Assembly (NCBI RefSeq): GCF_035084215.1
Contig: NW_027139268.1
Coordinates: forward strand, 124,001-188,000
DNA length: 64,000 bases
Source of the DNA: Heptranchias perlo
Lineage: Eukaryota
Reading direction: 5' to 3'
Below are positions 50,355-63,000 of the stretch, piece after piece. The stretch's first letter is position 1; the number at the start of each line of letters is the position of its first letter. The translations under genes were made by a program, and so were the position numbers. The notes under the pieces are model-generated. The model made no database searches and was not told where the DNA came from. It saw only the letters and a list, made by a program, of their open reading frames with translations.

Positions 50355-53097
50355 TGGGTACAGTGTCTGTGTGTGAAAGGGTGGGGAGTTGGATGGGGTA
50401 CAGTGTCTGTGTGAAAGGGTGGGGAGTTGGGTGGGGTACAGTGTCTGTGTGAAAGGGTGGGGAGTTGGATGGGGTACAGTGTCTGTGTGAGGGTGGGGAG
50501 TTGGGTGGGGTACAGTGTCTGTGTGAGGGTGGGGAGTTGGGTGGGGTACAGTGTCTGTGTGAAAGGGTGGGGAGTTGGATGGGGTACATTGTCTGTGTGA
50601 GAGGGTGGGGAGTTGGATGGGGTACAGTGTCTGTGTGCGAGGGTGTGGAGTTGGATGGGGTGCAGTGTCTGTGTGAGAGGGTGGGGAGTTGGATGGGGTG
50701 CAGTGTCTGTGTGAGAGGGTGGGGAGTTGGATGGGGTGCAGTGTCTGTGTGAGAGGGTGGGGAGTTGGATGGGGTACAGTGTCTGTGTGTGAGGGTGTGG
50801 AGTTGGATGGGGTGCAGTGTCTGTGTGAGAGGGTGGGGAGTTGGATGGGGTACAGTGTCTGTGTGAGAGGGTGGGGAGTTGGATGGGGTACAGTGTCTGT
50901 GTGAGAGGGTGGGGAGTTGGATGGGGTGCAGTGTCTGTGTGAGAGGGTGGGGAGTTGGATGGGGTACAGTGTCTGTGTGAGAGGGTGGGGAGTTGGAGGG
51001 GGTACAGTGTGTGTGTGAGGGTGGGGAGTTGGATGGGGTACAGTGTCTGTGTGAGAGGGGAGGGAGTTGGATGGGGTACAGTGTCTGTGTGAGAGGGTGG
51101 GGAGTTGGAGGGGGGTACAGTGTGTGTGTGAGGGTGGGGAGTTGGATGGGGTACAGTGTCTCTGTGAGGGTGGGGAGTTGGATGGGGTACAGTGTCTGTG
51201 TGAGAGGGTGGGGAGATGGATGGGGTACAGTGTGTGTGTGAGGGTGGGGAGTTGGATGGGGTACAGTGTCTCTGTGAGGGTGGGGAGTTGGATGGGGTAC
51301 AGTGTCTGTGTGAGAGAGGTGGGGAGTTGGATGGGGTACAGTGTCTGTGTGAAAGGGTGGGGAGTTGGATGGGGTACAGTGTCTCTGTGAGGGTGGGGAG
51401 TTGGATGGGGTACAGTGTCTCTGTGAGAGGGTGGGGAGTTGGATGGGGTACAGTGTCTGTGTGAGAGGGTGGGGGGTTGGATGGGGTACAGTGTCTGTGT
51501 GAGAGGGTGGGGAGTTGGATGGGGTACAGTGTCTGTGTGAGGGTGTGGAGTTGGATGGGATACAGTGTCTGTGTGTGAAAGGGTGGGGAGTTGGATGGGG
51601 TACAGTGTCTGTGTGAGAGGGTGGGGAGTTGGATGGGGTACAGTGTCTGTGTGAGAGGGTGGGGGAGTTGGAGGGGGTACAGTGTGTGTGTGAGGGTGGG
51701 GAGTTGGATGGGGTACAGTGTCTCTGTGAGGGTGGGGAGTTGGATGGGGTACAGTGTCTGTGTGAGAGGGTGGGGAGATGGATGGGGTACAGTGTGTGTG
51801 TGAGGGTGGGGAGTTGGATGGGGTACAGTGTCTGTGTGAAAGGGTGGGGAGTTGGATGGGGTACAGTGTCTGTGTGAAAGGGTGGGGAGTTGGATGGGGT
51901 ACAGTGTGTGTGTGAGGGTGGGGAGTTGGATGGGGTACAGTGTCTCTGTGAGGGTGGGGAGTTGGATGGGGTACAGTGTCTGTGTGAGAGGGTGGGGAGT
52001 TGGATGGGGTACAGTGTCTGTGTGAAAGGGTGGGGAGTTGGATGGGGGTACAGTGTCTCTGTGAGGGTGGGGAGTTGGATGGGGTACAGTGTCTCTGTGA
52101 GAGGGTGGGGAGTTGGATGGGGTACAGTGTCTGTGTGAGAGGGTGGGGGGTTGGATGGGGTACAGTGTCTGTGTGTGAAAGGGTGGGGAGTTGGATGGGG
52201 TACAGTGTCTGTGTGAGAGGGTGGGGAGTTGGATGGGGTACAGTGTCTGTGTGATGGGGTGGGGGAGTTGGATGGGGTACAGTGTCTGTGTGAGAGGGTG
52301 GGGAGTTGGATGGGGTACAGTGTCTGTGTGAGGGTGGGGAGTTGGATGGGGTACAGTGTCTGTGTGAGAGGGTGGGGAGTTGGATGGGGTCCAGTGTCTG
52401 TGTGAGAGGGTGGGGAGTTGGATGGGGTCCAGTGTCTGTGTGAGAGGGTGGGGAGTTGGATGGGGTCCAGTGTCTGTGTGAGAGGGTGGGGAGTTGGATG
52501 GGGTACAGTGTCTGTGTGAGAGGGTGGGGAGTTGGATGTGGTACAGTGTCTGTGTTAGAGGGTGGGGAGTTGGATGGGGTACAGTGTCTGTGTGAGAGGG
52601 TGGGGAGTTGGAGGGGGTACAGTGTCTGTGTGAGAGGGTGGGGAGTTGGATGGGGTACAGTGTCTGTGTGAGAGGGTGGGGAGTTGGATGGGGTACAGTG
52701 TCTGTGTGAGAGGGTGGGGAGTTGGATGGGGTACAGTGTCTGTGTGAGAGGGTGGGGAGTTGGATGGGGTACAGTGTCTGTGTGTGAGGGTGGGGGAGTT
52801 GGATGGGGTACAGTGTCTGTGTGTGAGGGTGGGGAGTTGGATGGGGTACAGTGTCTGTGTGTGAGGGTGGGAGTTGGATGGGGTACAGTGTCTGTGAAAG
52901 GGTGGGGAGTTGGATGGGGTACAGTGTCTGTGTGAGAGGGTGGGGAGTTGGGTGGGGTACAGTATCTGTGTGAGGGTGGGGAGTTGGATGGGGTACAGTG
53001 TCTGTGTGAGAGGGTGGGGAGTTGGTTGGGGTACAGTGTCTGTGTGTGAGGGTGGGGAGTTGGATGGGGTACAGTGTCTGTGTGAGGGTGGGGAGTT
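50355..53097. repeat. 36-40-bp G-rich minisatellite (about 70 copies)
   Basis: Unit GGGTGGGGAGTTGGATGGGGTACAGTGTCTGTGTGA(GA). Confidence 0.99.
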
Positions 53098-53220
53098 CGG
53101 TCTGATGGAAGACCATTCCACCAGTGCAAAATCACCAAAGCCCATCTCCGAGGACGGGCTGCAGGTGGCCGGAGTCCAAAGACATCCCTTGTGTCCGTTT
53201 CAGGGAAAGCTCATCAATAT

Positions 53221-53345
53221 TCAGGGCTATGGGGAAAGAGCGGGGGAGTGGGACTAATTGGAGAGCTCTTTCAAAGAGCCGGCACAGGCACGATGGGCTG
53301 AATGGCCTCCTCCTGTACTGTCCATACTATGATACGATGATATGA
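53221..53345 (+). mobile_element. CR1 LINE 3' tail
   Basis: Nearly identical to 9109-9225; ends ACTATGATACGATGATATGA. Confidence 0.85.
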
Positions 53346-53727
53346 TCCCTGCAGTGTGTGCTGGGATGTGTGGCAGCTCCAACACCCCCTAAATCCAGAG
53401 ACCCTCCAACAGTACAAACCTGTCCAGAGTGATGTCTCGGTGGCCTGACCTGGGGGGAAACCAATTCGGGAGGTTGCAGAGCTCCAGCAGACAAGCTCTT
53501 GGACCCCAAATCCAGGTCAGAGTTGCCAAGGGCTCAGTGTAATCATTCGGTCTGCCTTCCCATCGACCCCTGGTCAGAACACAAGCCCAGTATCAGAGGC
53601 TTGGCAGGAGGTCCACCAGGTGATGCAGCAGATCAGAGCAGAGGTGAGACCTCCACCACACCCCCAACTCAGGAAGGAGGAACGAGGAGCCCAGCCTGTC
53701 ATCGATTACAGAGAGGCAACCAACAGC

Positions 53728-56700
53728 AGGGAGAGGAGGAGGGAGGGAGGGAGGGAGGGGGAATAGGAGGAGGGAGGGCATGAGGGGGAATAGGAGGAGG
53801 GAGGGAGGGGGAACAGGAGGAGGGAGGGAGTTAGGTGGAATAGGAGGAGGGAAGGGAGGAGGAACAGGAGGAGGGAGGGGGAATAAAAGGAGGGAGGGGA
53901 AATAAAAGGAGAGAGGGGAGGGGGAATATAAGGAGGGAGGGGGAATAAAAGGAGAGAGGGGAGGGGGAACAGGAGGAGGGAGGGAGTGAGGGGGAATAAG
54001 AGGAGGGAGGGGAGGGGGAATAAAAGGAGGGAGGGGGAATAAAAGGAGAGAGGGGAGGGGGAACAGGAGGAGGGAGGGAGTGAGGGGGAATAAGAGGAGG
54101 GAGGGGAGGGGGAATAAGAGGAGGGAGGGGAGGGGGAATAAAAGGAGGGAGGGGAGGGGGAACAGGAGGAGGGAGGGAGTGAGGGGGAATAAGTGGAGGG
54201 AGGGGAGGGGGAATAAAAGGAGGGAGGGGAGGGGGAATAAAAGGAGGGAGGGGAGGGGGAATAAAAGGAGGGAGGGGGAATAAAAGGAGAGAGGGGAGGG
54301 GGAACAGGAGGAGGGAGGGAGTGAGGGGGAATAAGAGGAGGGAGGGGAGGGGGAATAAAAGAAGGGAGGGGAGGGGAACAGGAGGAGGGAGGGAGGGACT
54401 GGAAGAGGGAGGGAAGGACAGGAGGAGGGAGGGAGGGAGGAGGAATAGGAGGAGGGAGGGGAGGCAGAACAGGAGGAGGGAGGGAGGGAGGGACAGGAGG
54501 AGGGAGTGAGTTAGGGGGAATAGGAGGAGGGAGGAGAGGTGGAACAAGAGGAGGGAGGGAGGGACAGGAGGATGGAGGGAGTGAGGAGGAATAGGAGGAA
54601 GGAAGGGATGGGTACAGGAGGTAGGAGTGGGAACAGGTGGAGGGAGGGAGGGACTGGAAGAGGGAGGGAAGGACAGGAGGAAGGAGGAAGTGAGGGGGAA
54701 CAGGAGGAGGGGGAGAGACAGGAGGAGGGAGGAAGTGAGGAGGAATAGGAGGAAGGAAGGGATGGGTACAGGAGGTGGGAGTGAGAGACAGGAGGTGGGA
54801 GGGAGGGAGGGGGAACAGGGGGAGGGAGGCAGGAACAGGAGGAAGGAGGGATTGAAAGGAGGAGGAAGGGAGGGAGAGAGAGTATGAAGAGGGAGGGGAG
54901 GGGGAACAGGAGGAGGGAGGGATGGACAGGAGGAGGGATTGAGGGGCAGGTGGAGGGAGGGAGTGAAGGGGGAATTGGAAGAGGGAGAGGAGGGGGAACA
55001 GGAGGGAGAGGGAGGGAGAGACAGGAGGAGGGAGGGAGTGAGGGGGAGTAAGAGGAAGGAGGGGAGTGGAACAGAAGGAGGGAGGGGAGGCAGGAGGAGG
55101 GAGGGAGGGAGAATAAGGGGTGGGAGTGGAGGGGGAACAGGCGGAGGGAGGGAGGGACAGGTGGTGGGAGGGAGTGAGGGGGAGTGTGAAGAGGGAGGGA
55201 AGGTGAAACAGGAGGAGGGAGGGAGGGACAGGAAGAGGGAGTCAGGGCAAATTGGAGGAGGGAGGGGATGGGAAAGAGGATGACAGAGGGAGGGGCAGGA
55301 GGAGAGAATGAGTGATGGGGAATTGTAGGAGGGAGAGGAGAGGAACAGGAAGAGGGAGGGAGTGAGGGGGAATAGGAGGAGGGAGGGAGGGAGGGGGAAT
55401 TAGAGGTGGGAGTGGAGGGGGAACAGGAGGAGGGAGGCTGGGACGGGAGGTGGGAGGGAAGGACAGGAGGAGGGGGGAGTGAGGGGGAGTGTGAAGAGGG
55501 AGGAGAGGGGGAACAGGAGGAGGGGGAGGGACAGGAAGAGGGAGTGAGGGGGAATCAGAGGAGAGAGGGAATGGGGAACAGGAGAACAGAGGGAGGGGCA
55601 GGAGGAGGGAGGGAGTGAGGGGGAAATGGAGGAGGGAGGGAGAGACAGGTTGATGGAGGGAGGGACAGGAGGAGGGAGGGAGAGACAGGAGAAGGGAGGG
55701 ATTGAGGGGGAATAGGATGAGGGAGAGGAGGGAGAACAGGATGAGGGAGTGAGAGACAGGAGTAGGGAGGAAAAGGAGGACCAAGGAAGTGAGGGGGAAT
55801 AGGAGGAGGGAGGGGTGGGGGTACAGGAGAAGGGAGGGAGGGACAGGAGGAGGGAGTGAGGGACAGGAGGAGGGTGGGGGTGAGGGGGAATCGGAGGAGG
55901 GAGGGAGAGATTGGAGGAGGAGGAATGAGGGGGAATAGGAGGGATGGGGGAACAGAAAGAGGGAGGGAGGGACAGGAGGAGGGAGGGAGTGAGGGGGAAT
56001 GGGAGGTGGGAAGGAGGGACAGGAGGCGGCAGAGAGGGGCATGAGGAGGGAGGGAGTGAGGGGGAATAGGAGGAGGACGGGGGGAACAGGAGGAGGGAGG
56101 GGGAGACAGGAGGGAGGAGGGAGTGAGGGAAATAGGGGGAAGGAGGGGTGGGAAACAGGAGGAGGGAGTGAGGGACAGGAAAAGGGAGGGAAGGACAGGA
56201 GGAGTGAGGAAGTGAGGGGGAGTATGAAGATGGAGGGGAGGGGGAACAGGAGGTGGGAGGGAGGGACAGGAGGAGGGAGTGAGTGACAGGAGGAAGGAGG
56301 GGTTGAGGGGGAATCGGAGGAGGGAGGGAGAAACTGAAGGAGGGAGGGAGTGAGGGGGAATAGGAGGAGGGGAGAGGGAACAGGAGGAGGGGGAGAGACA
56401 GGAGGAGGGAGGGAGTGAGGGGGAATAAGAGGGGGGAGGAGAGTTAGAATAGGAGGAGGGAGGGAGGGATAGGAGGAAGGAGCGAGTGAGGAGGAATAGG
56501 AGGAGGGAAGGGAGGAGGAATAGGAAGAGGGAGGGAGAGACAGGAGGAGGGAGGAAGTGAGGAGGAATAGGAGAAAGGAGGGGATGGGTACAGGAGGAGG
56601 TAGGGAGGGACAGGTGGAGGGAGGGAGTGAGTACGAATAGGAGGAGAGAGGGGAGTGGGAACAGGAGGAGGGGGAGGGACAGGAAGAGGGAGTGAGGGGG

Positions 56701-57015
56701 AATCGGAGGAGAGAGGGAATGGGGAACAGGAGAACAGAGGGAGGGGCAGGAGGAGGGAGGGAGGAAGGGAGGGACAGGAGGAGGGAGGGATTGAGGGGGA
56801 ATAGGATGAGGGAGAGGAGGGAGAACAGGATGAGGGAGTGAGAGAGAGGAGGAGGGAGGGAAAGGAGGACCCGAGGAAGTGAGGGGGAATAGGAGGAGGG
56901 AGGGGATAGGGAACAGGAGGAGGGAGGGAGTGAGGGGGAATAGGAGGAGGGAGGGGTGGGGGTACAGGAGGAGGGAGGGAGGGACAGGAGGAGGGAGTGA
57001 GGGACAGGAGCAGGG
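53728..57015. repeat. Polypurine low-complexity tract (GGA/GGGA-rich, about 3.3 kb)
   Basis: Degenerate unit GAGGGAGTGAGGGGGAATAGGAGGAGGGA with internal duplications. Confidence 0.95.
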
Positions 57016-57034
57016 TGGGGGTGTTACTGTCCAT

Positions 57035-60000
57035 CCGACAGCGCAGCGGTCCCTCAGTACTGCCCCACCGACAGTGCAGCACTCCCTCAGGACTGCCCCA
57101 CCGACAGTGCAGCGCTCCCTCAGTACTGCCCCTCCGACAGTGCAGCACTCCCTCAGGACTGCCCCACCGACAGTGCAGCGCTCCCTCAGTACTGCCCCTC
57201 CAACAGTGCAGCACTCCCTCAGTACTGCCCCTCCGACAGTGCAGCACTCCCTCAGTACTGCCCCTCCGACAGTGTAGCACTCCCTCAGTACTGCCCCTCC
57301 GACAGTGCAGCACTCCCTCAGTACTGCCCCTCTCACAGTGCAGCACTCCCTCAGTACTGCCCCTCTGACAGTGCAGCACTCCCTCAGTACTGCCCCTCTG
57401 ACAGTGCAGCGCTCCCTCAGTACTGCCCCTCTCACAGTGCAGCACTCCCTCAGTACTGCCCCTCCGACAGTGCAGCACTCCCTCAGTACTGCCCCTCTCA
57501 CAGTGCAGCACTCCCTCAGTACTGCCCCTCCGACAGTGCAGCACTCCCTCAGTACTGCCCCTCACTACTGCCCCTCTGACAGTGTAGCACTCCCTCAGTA
57601 CTGCCCCTCCGACAGTGCAGCACTCCCTCAGTACTGCCCCTCTGACAGTGCAGCACTCCCTCAGTACTGACCCTCTGACAGTGCAGCACTCCCCCAGTAC
57701 TGCCCCTCCGACAGTGCAGCACTCCCTCAGTACTGCCCCTCCGACAGTGCAGCACTCCCTCAGTACTGCCCCTCTGACAGTGCAGCACTCCCTCAGTACT
57801 GCCTCTCTGACAGTGCAGCACTCCCTCAATACTGCCCCTCTGACAGTGCAGCACTCCCTCAGTACTGCCCCTCCGACAGTGAAGCACTCCCTCGGTACTG
57901 CCCCTCCGACAGTGCAGCACTCCCTCAGTACTGGCCCTTCAACAGTACAGCACTCCCTCAGTACTGCCCCTCTGACAGTGCAGCACTCCCTCAGTACTGA
58001 CCCTCCGACAGTGCAGCACTCCCTCAGTACTGCCCCTCTGACAGTGTAGCACTCCCTCAGTACTGCCCCTCTGACAGTGCAGCACTCCCTCAGTACTGAC
58101 CCTCCGACAGTGCAGCACTCCCTCAATACTGCCCCTCTGACAGTGCAGCACTCCCTCAGTACTGCCCCTCCGACAGTGCAGCACTCCCTCAGTACTGCCC
58201 CTCTGACAGTGCAGCGCTCCCTCAGTACTGCCCCTCCGACAGTGCAGCACTCCCTCAGTACTGCCCCTCAGTACTGCCCCTCCGACAGTGTAGCACTCCC
58301 TCAGTACTGCCCCTCAGTACTGCCCCTCCGACAGTGTAGCACTCCCTCAGTACTGCCCCTCCGACAGTGCAGCACTCCCTCAGTACTGACCCTCTGACAG
58401 TGCAGCACTCCCTCAGTACTGCCCCTCCGACAGTGCAGCGCTCCCTCAGTACTGCCCCTCCGACAGTGCAGCACTCCCTCAGTACTGCCCCTCCGACAGT
58501 GCAGCACTCCCTCAGTACTGCCCCTCTCACAGTGCAGCACTCCCTCAGTACTGCCCCTCCGACAGTGCAGCACTCCCTCAGTACTGCCCCTCTGACAGTG
58601 CAGCACTCCCTCAGTACTGCCCCTCTGACAGTGCAGCACTCCCTCAATACTGCCCCTCTGACAGTGCAGCACTCCCTCAGTACTGCCCCTCCGACAGTGC
58701 AGCACTCCCTCAGTACTGCCCCTCTGACAGTGCAGCACTCCCTCAGTACTGACCCTCCGACAGTGCAGCACTCCCTCAGTACTGACCCTCCGACAGTGCA
58801 GCACTCCCTCAGTACTGCCCCTCTGACAGTGCAGCACTCCCTCAGTACTGCCCCTCTGACAGTGCAGCACTCCCTCAGTACTGACCCTCCGACAGTGCAG
58901 CACTCCCTCAATACTGCCCCTCTGACAGTGCAGCACTCCCTCAGTACTGCCCCTCCGACAGTGCAGCACTCCCTCAGTACTGCCCCTCTGACAGTGCAGC
59001 GCTCCCTCAGTACTGCCCCTCCGACAGTGCAGCACTCCCTCAGTACTGCCCCTCCGACAGTGCAGCGCTCCCTCAGTACTGCCCCTCTGACAGTGCAGCA
59101 CTCCCTCAGTACTGCCCATCCGACAGTGCAGCACTCCCTCAGTACTGCCTCTCCGACAGTGCAGCACTCCCTCAATACTGCCCCTCCGACAGTGCAGCAC
59201 TCCCTCATTACTGCCCCTCTCACAGTGCAGCACTCCCTCAGTACTGCCCCTCTGACAGTGCAGCACTCCCTCAGTACTGCCCCTCTGACAGTGCAGCACT
59301 CCCTCAGTACTGCCGCTCCCACATGCAGCACTCCCTCAGTACTGACCCTCCGACAGTGCAGCACTCCCTCAGTACTGCCCCTCTGACAGTGCAGCACTCC
59401 CTCTGTACTGCCCCTCTGACAGTGCAGCACTCCCTCAGTACTGACCCTCTGACAGTGCAGCACTCCCTCAGTACTGACCCTCCGACAGTGCAGCACTCCC
59501 TCAGTACTGCCCCTCTGACAGTGCAGCACTCCCTCAGTACTGCCCCTCCGACAGTGCAGCACTCCCTCAGTACTGGCCCTTCAACAGTGCAGCGCTCCCT
59601 CAGTACTGCCCCTCCGACAGTGCAGCACTCCCTCAGTACTGACCCTCCGACAGTGCAGCACTCCCTCAGTACTGCCCCTCCGACAGTGCAGCACTCCCTC
59701 AGTACTGCCCCTCTGACAGTGCAGCACTCCCTCAGTGCTGCCTCTCTGACAGTGCAGCACTCTCTCAGTACTGCCCCTCCGACAGTGCAGCACTCCCTCA
59801 GTACTGCCCCTCTCACAGTGCAGCACTCCCTCAGTACTGACCCTCCGACAGTGCAGCGCTCCCTCAGTACTGCCCCTCTGACAGTGCAGCACTCCCTCAG
59901 TACTGACCCTCCGACAGTGCAGCACTCCCTCAGTACTGCCCCTCCGACAGTGCAGCACTCCCTCAGTACTGCCCCTCTCACAGTGCAGCACTCCCTCAGT

Positions 60001-63000
60001 ACTGCCCCTCTGACAGTGCAGCACTCCCTCAGTACTGCCCCTCAGTACTGCCCATCCGACAGTGCAGCACTCTCTCAGTACTGCCCCTCCGACAGTGCAG
60101 CACTCCCTCAGTACTGCCCCTCTCACAGTGCAGCACTCCCTCAGTACTGACCCTCCGACAGTGCAACGCTCCCTCAGGACTGCCCCTCTGACAGTGCAGC
60201 ACTCCCTCAATACTGCCCCTCTGACAGTGCAGCACTCCCTCAGTACTGCCCCTCCGACAGTGCAGCACTCCCTCAGTACTGCCCCTCTGACAGTGCAGCA
60301 CTCCCTCAGTACTGACCCTCCGACAGTGCAGCACTCCCTCAGTACTGACCCTCCGACAGTGCAGCACTCCCTCAGTACTGCCCCTCTGACAGTGCAGCAC
60401 TCCCTCAGTACTGCCCCTCTGACAGTGCAGCACTCCCTCAGTACTGACCCTCCGACAGTGCAGCACTCCCTCAATACTGCCCCTCTGACAGTGCAGCACT
60501 CCCTCAGTACTGCCCCTCCGACAGTGCAGCACTCCCTCAGTACTGCCCCTCTGACAGTGCAGCGCTCCCTCAGTACTGCCCCTCCGACAGTGCAGCACTC
60601 CCTCAGTACTGCCCCTCCGACAGTGCAGCGCTCCCTCAGTACTGCCCCTCTGACAGTGCAGCACTCCCTCAGTGCTGCCTATCTGACAGTGCAGCACTCT
60701 CTCAGTACTGCCCCTCCGACAGTGCAGCACTCCCTCAGTACTGCCCCTCTCACAGTGCAGCACTCCCTCAGTACTGACCCTCCGACAGTGCAGCGCTCCC
60801 TCAGTACTGCCCCTCTGACAGTGCAGCACTCCCTCAGTACTGCCCCTCCGACAGTGCAGCACTCCCTCAGTACTGCCCCTCCGACAGTGCAGCACTCCCT
60901 CAGTACTGCCCCTCTCACAGTGCAGCACTCCCTCAGTACTGCCCCTCTGACAGTGCAGCACTCCCTCAGTACTGCCCCTCAGTACTGCCCATCCGACAGT
61001 GCAGCACTCCCTCAGTACTGCCCCTCTCACAGTGCAGCACTCCCTCAGTACTGACCCTCCGACAGTGCAGCGCTCCCTCAGTACTGCCCCTCTGACAGTG
61101 CAGCACTCCCTCAATACTGCCCCTCTGACAGTGCAGCACTCCCTCAGTACTGCCCCTCCGACAGTGCAGCACTCCCTCAGTACTGCCCCTCTGACAGTGC
61201 AGCACTCCCTCAGTACTGACCCTCCGACAGTGCAGCACTCCCTCAGTACTGACCCTCCGACAGTGCAGCACTCCCTCAGTACTGCCCCTCTGACAGTGCA
61301 GCACTCCCTCAGTACTGCCCCTCTGACAGTGCAGCACTCCCTCAGTACTGACCCTCCGACAGTGCAGCACTCCCTCAATACTGCCCCTCTGACAGTGCAG
61401 CACTCCCTCAGTACTGCCCCTCCGACAGTGCAGCACTCCCTCAGTACTGCCCCTCTGACAGTGCAGCGCTCCCTCAGTACTGCCCCTCCGACAGTGCAGC
61501 ACTCCCTCAGTACTGCCCCTCCGACAGTGCAGCGCTCCCTCATTACTGGCCCTTCAACAGTGCAGCACTCCCTCAGTACTGCCCCTCTGGCAGTGCAGCA
61601 CTCCCTCAGTACTGCCCCTCTGACAGTGCAGCACTCCCTCAGTACTGCCCATCCGACAGTGCAGCACTCCCTCAGTACTGCCCCTCCGACAGTGCAGCAC
61701 TCCCTCAATACTGCCCCTCCGACAGTGCAGCACTCCCTCATTACTGCCCCTCTCACAGTGCAGCACTCCCTCAGTACTGCCCCTCTGACAGTGCAGCACT
61801 CCCTCAGTACTGCCCCTCAGTACTGCCCATCCGACAGTGTAGCACTCCCTCAGTACTGCCCCTCTGACAGTGCAGCACTCCCTCAGTACTGACCCTCCGA
61901 CAGTGCAGCACTCCCTCAGTACTGCCCCTCTGACAGTGCAGCACTCCCTCTGTACTGCCCCTCTGACAGTGCAGCACTCCCTCAGTACTGACCCTCTGAC
62001 AGTGCAGCACTCCCTCAGTACTGACCCTCCGACAGTGCAGCACTCCCTCAGTACTGCCCCTCTGACAGTGCAGCACTCCCTCAGTACTGCCCCTCCGACA
62101 GTGCAGCACTCCCTCAGTACTGGCCCTTCAACAGTGCAGCGCTCCCTCAGTACTGCCCCTCCGACAGTGCAGCACTCCCTCAGTACTGACCCTCCGACAG
62201 TGCAGCACTCCCTCAGTACTGCCCCTCCGACAGTGCAGCACTCCCTCAGTACTGCCCCTCTGACAGTGCAGCACTCCCTCAGTGCTGCCTCTCTGACAGT
62301 GCAGCACTCTCTCAGTACTGCCCCTCCGACAGTGCAGCATTCCCTCAGTACTGCCCCTCTCACAGTGCAGCACTCCCTCAGTACTGACCCTCCGACAGTG
62401 CAGCGCTCCCTCAGTACTGCCCCTCTGACAGTGCAGCACTCCCTCAGTACTGCCCCTCCGACAGTGCAGCACTCCCTCAGTACTGCCCCTCCGACAGTGC
62501 AGCACTCCCTCAGTACTGACCCTCCGACAGTGCAGCGCTCCCTCAGTACTGCCCCTCTGACAGTGCAGCACTCCCTCAGTACTGCCCCTCAGTACTGCCC
62601 CTCCGACAGTGCAGCACTCCCTCAGTACTGCCCCTCCGACAGTGCAGCACTCCCTCAGTACTGACCCTCTGACAGTGCAGCGCTCCCTCAGTACTGCCCC
62701 TCCGACAGTGCAGCACTCCCTCAGTACTGCCCCTCCGACAGTGCAGCACTCCCTCAGTACTGCCCCTCCGACAGTGCAGCACTCCCTCAGTACTGCCCCT
62801 CTCACAGTGCAGCACTCCCTCAGTACTGCCCCTCCGACAGTGCAGCACTCCCTCAGTGCTGCCCCTCTGACAGTGCAGCACTCCCTCAGTACTGCCCCTC
62901 TGACAGTGCAGCACTCCCTCAGTACTGCCCCTCCGACAGTGCAGCACTCCCTCAGTACTGCCCCTCTGACAGTGCAGCACTCCCTCAGTACTGGCCCTTC

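Noticed and set aside
53345-53727. Possible further Harbinger Myb-gene fragment
   Set aside because: Only a compositional resemblance; no diagnostic motif could be read.
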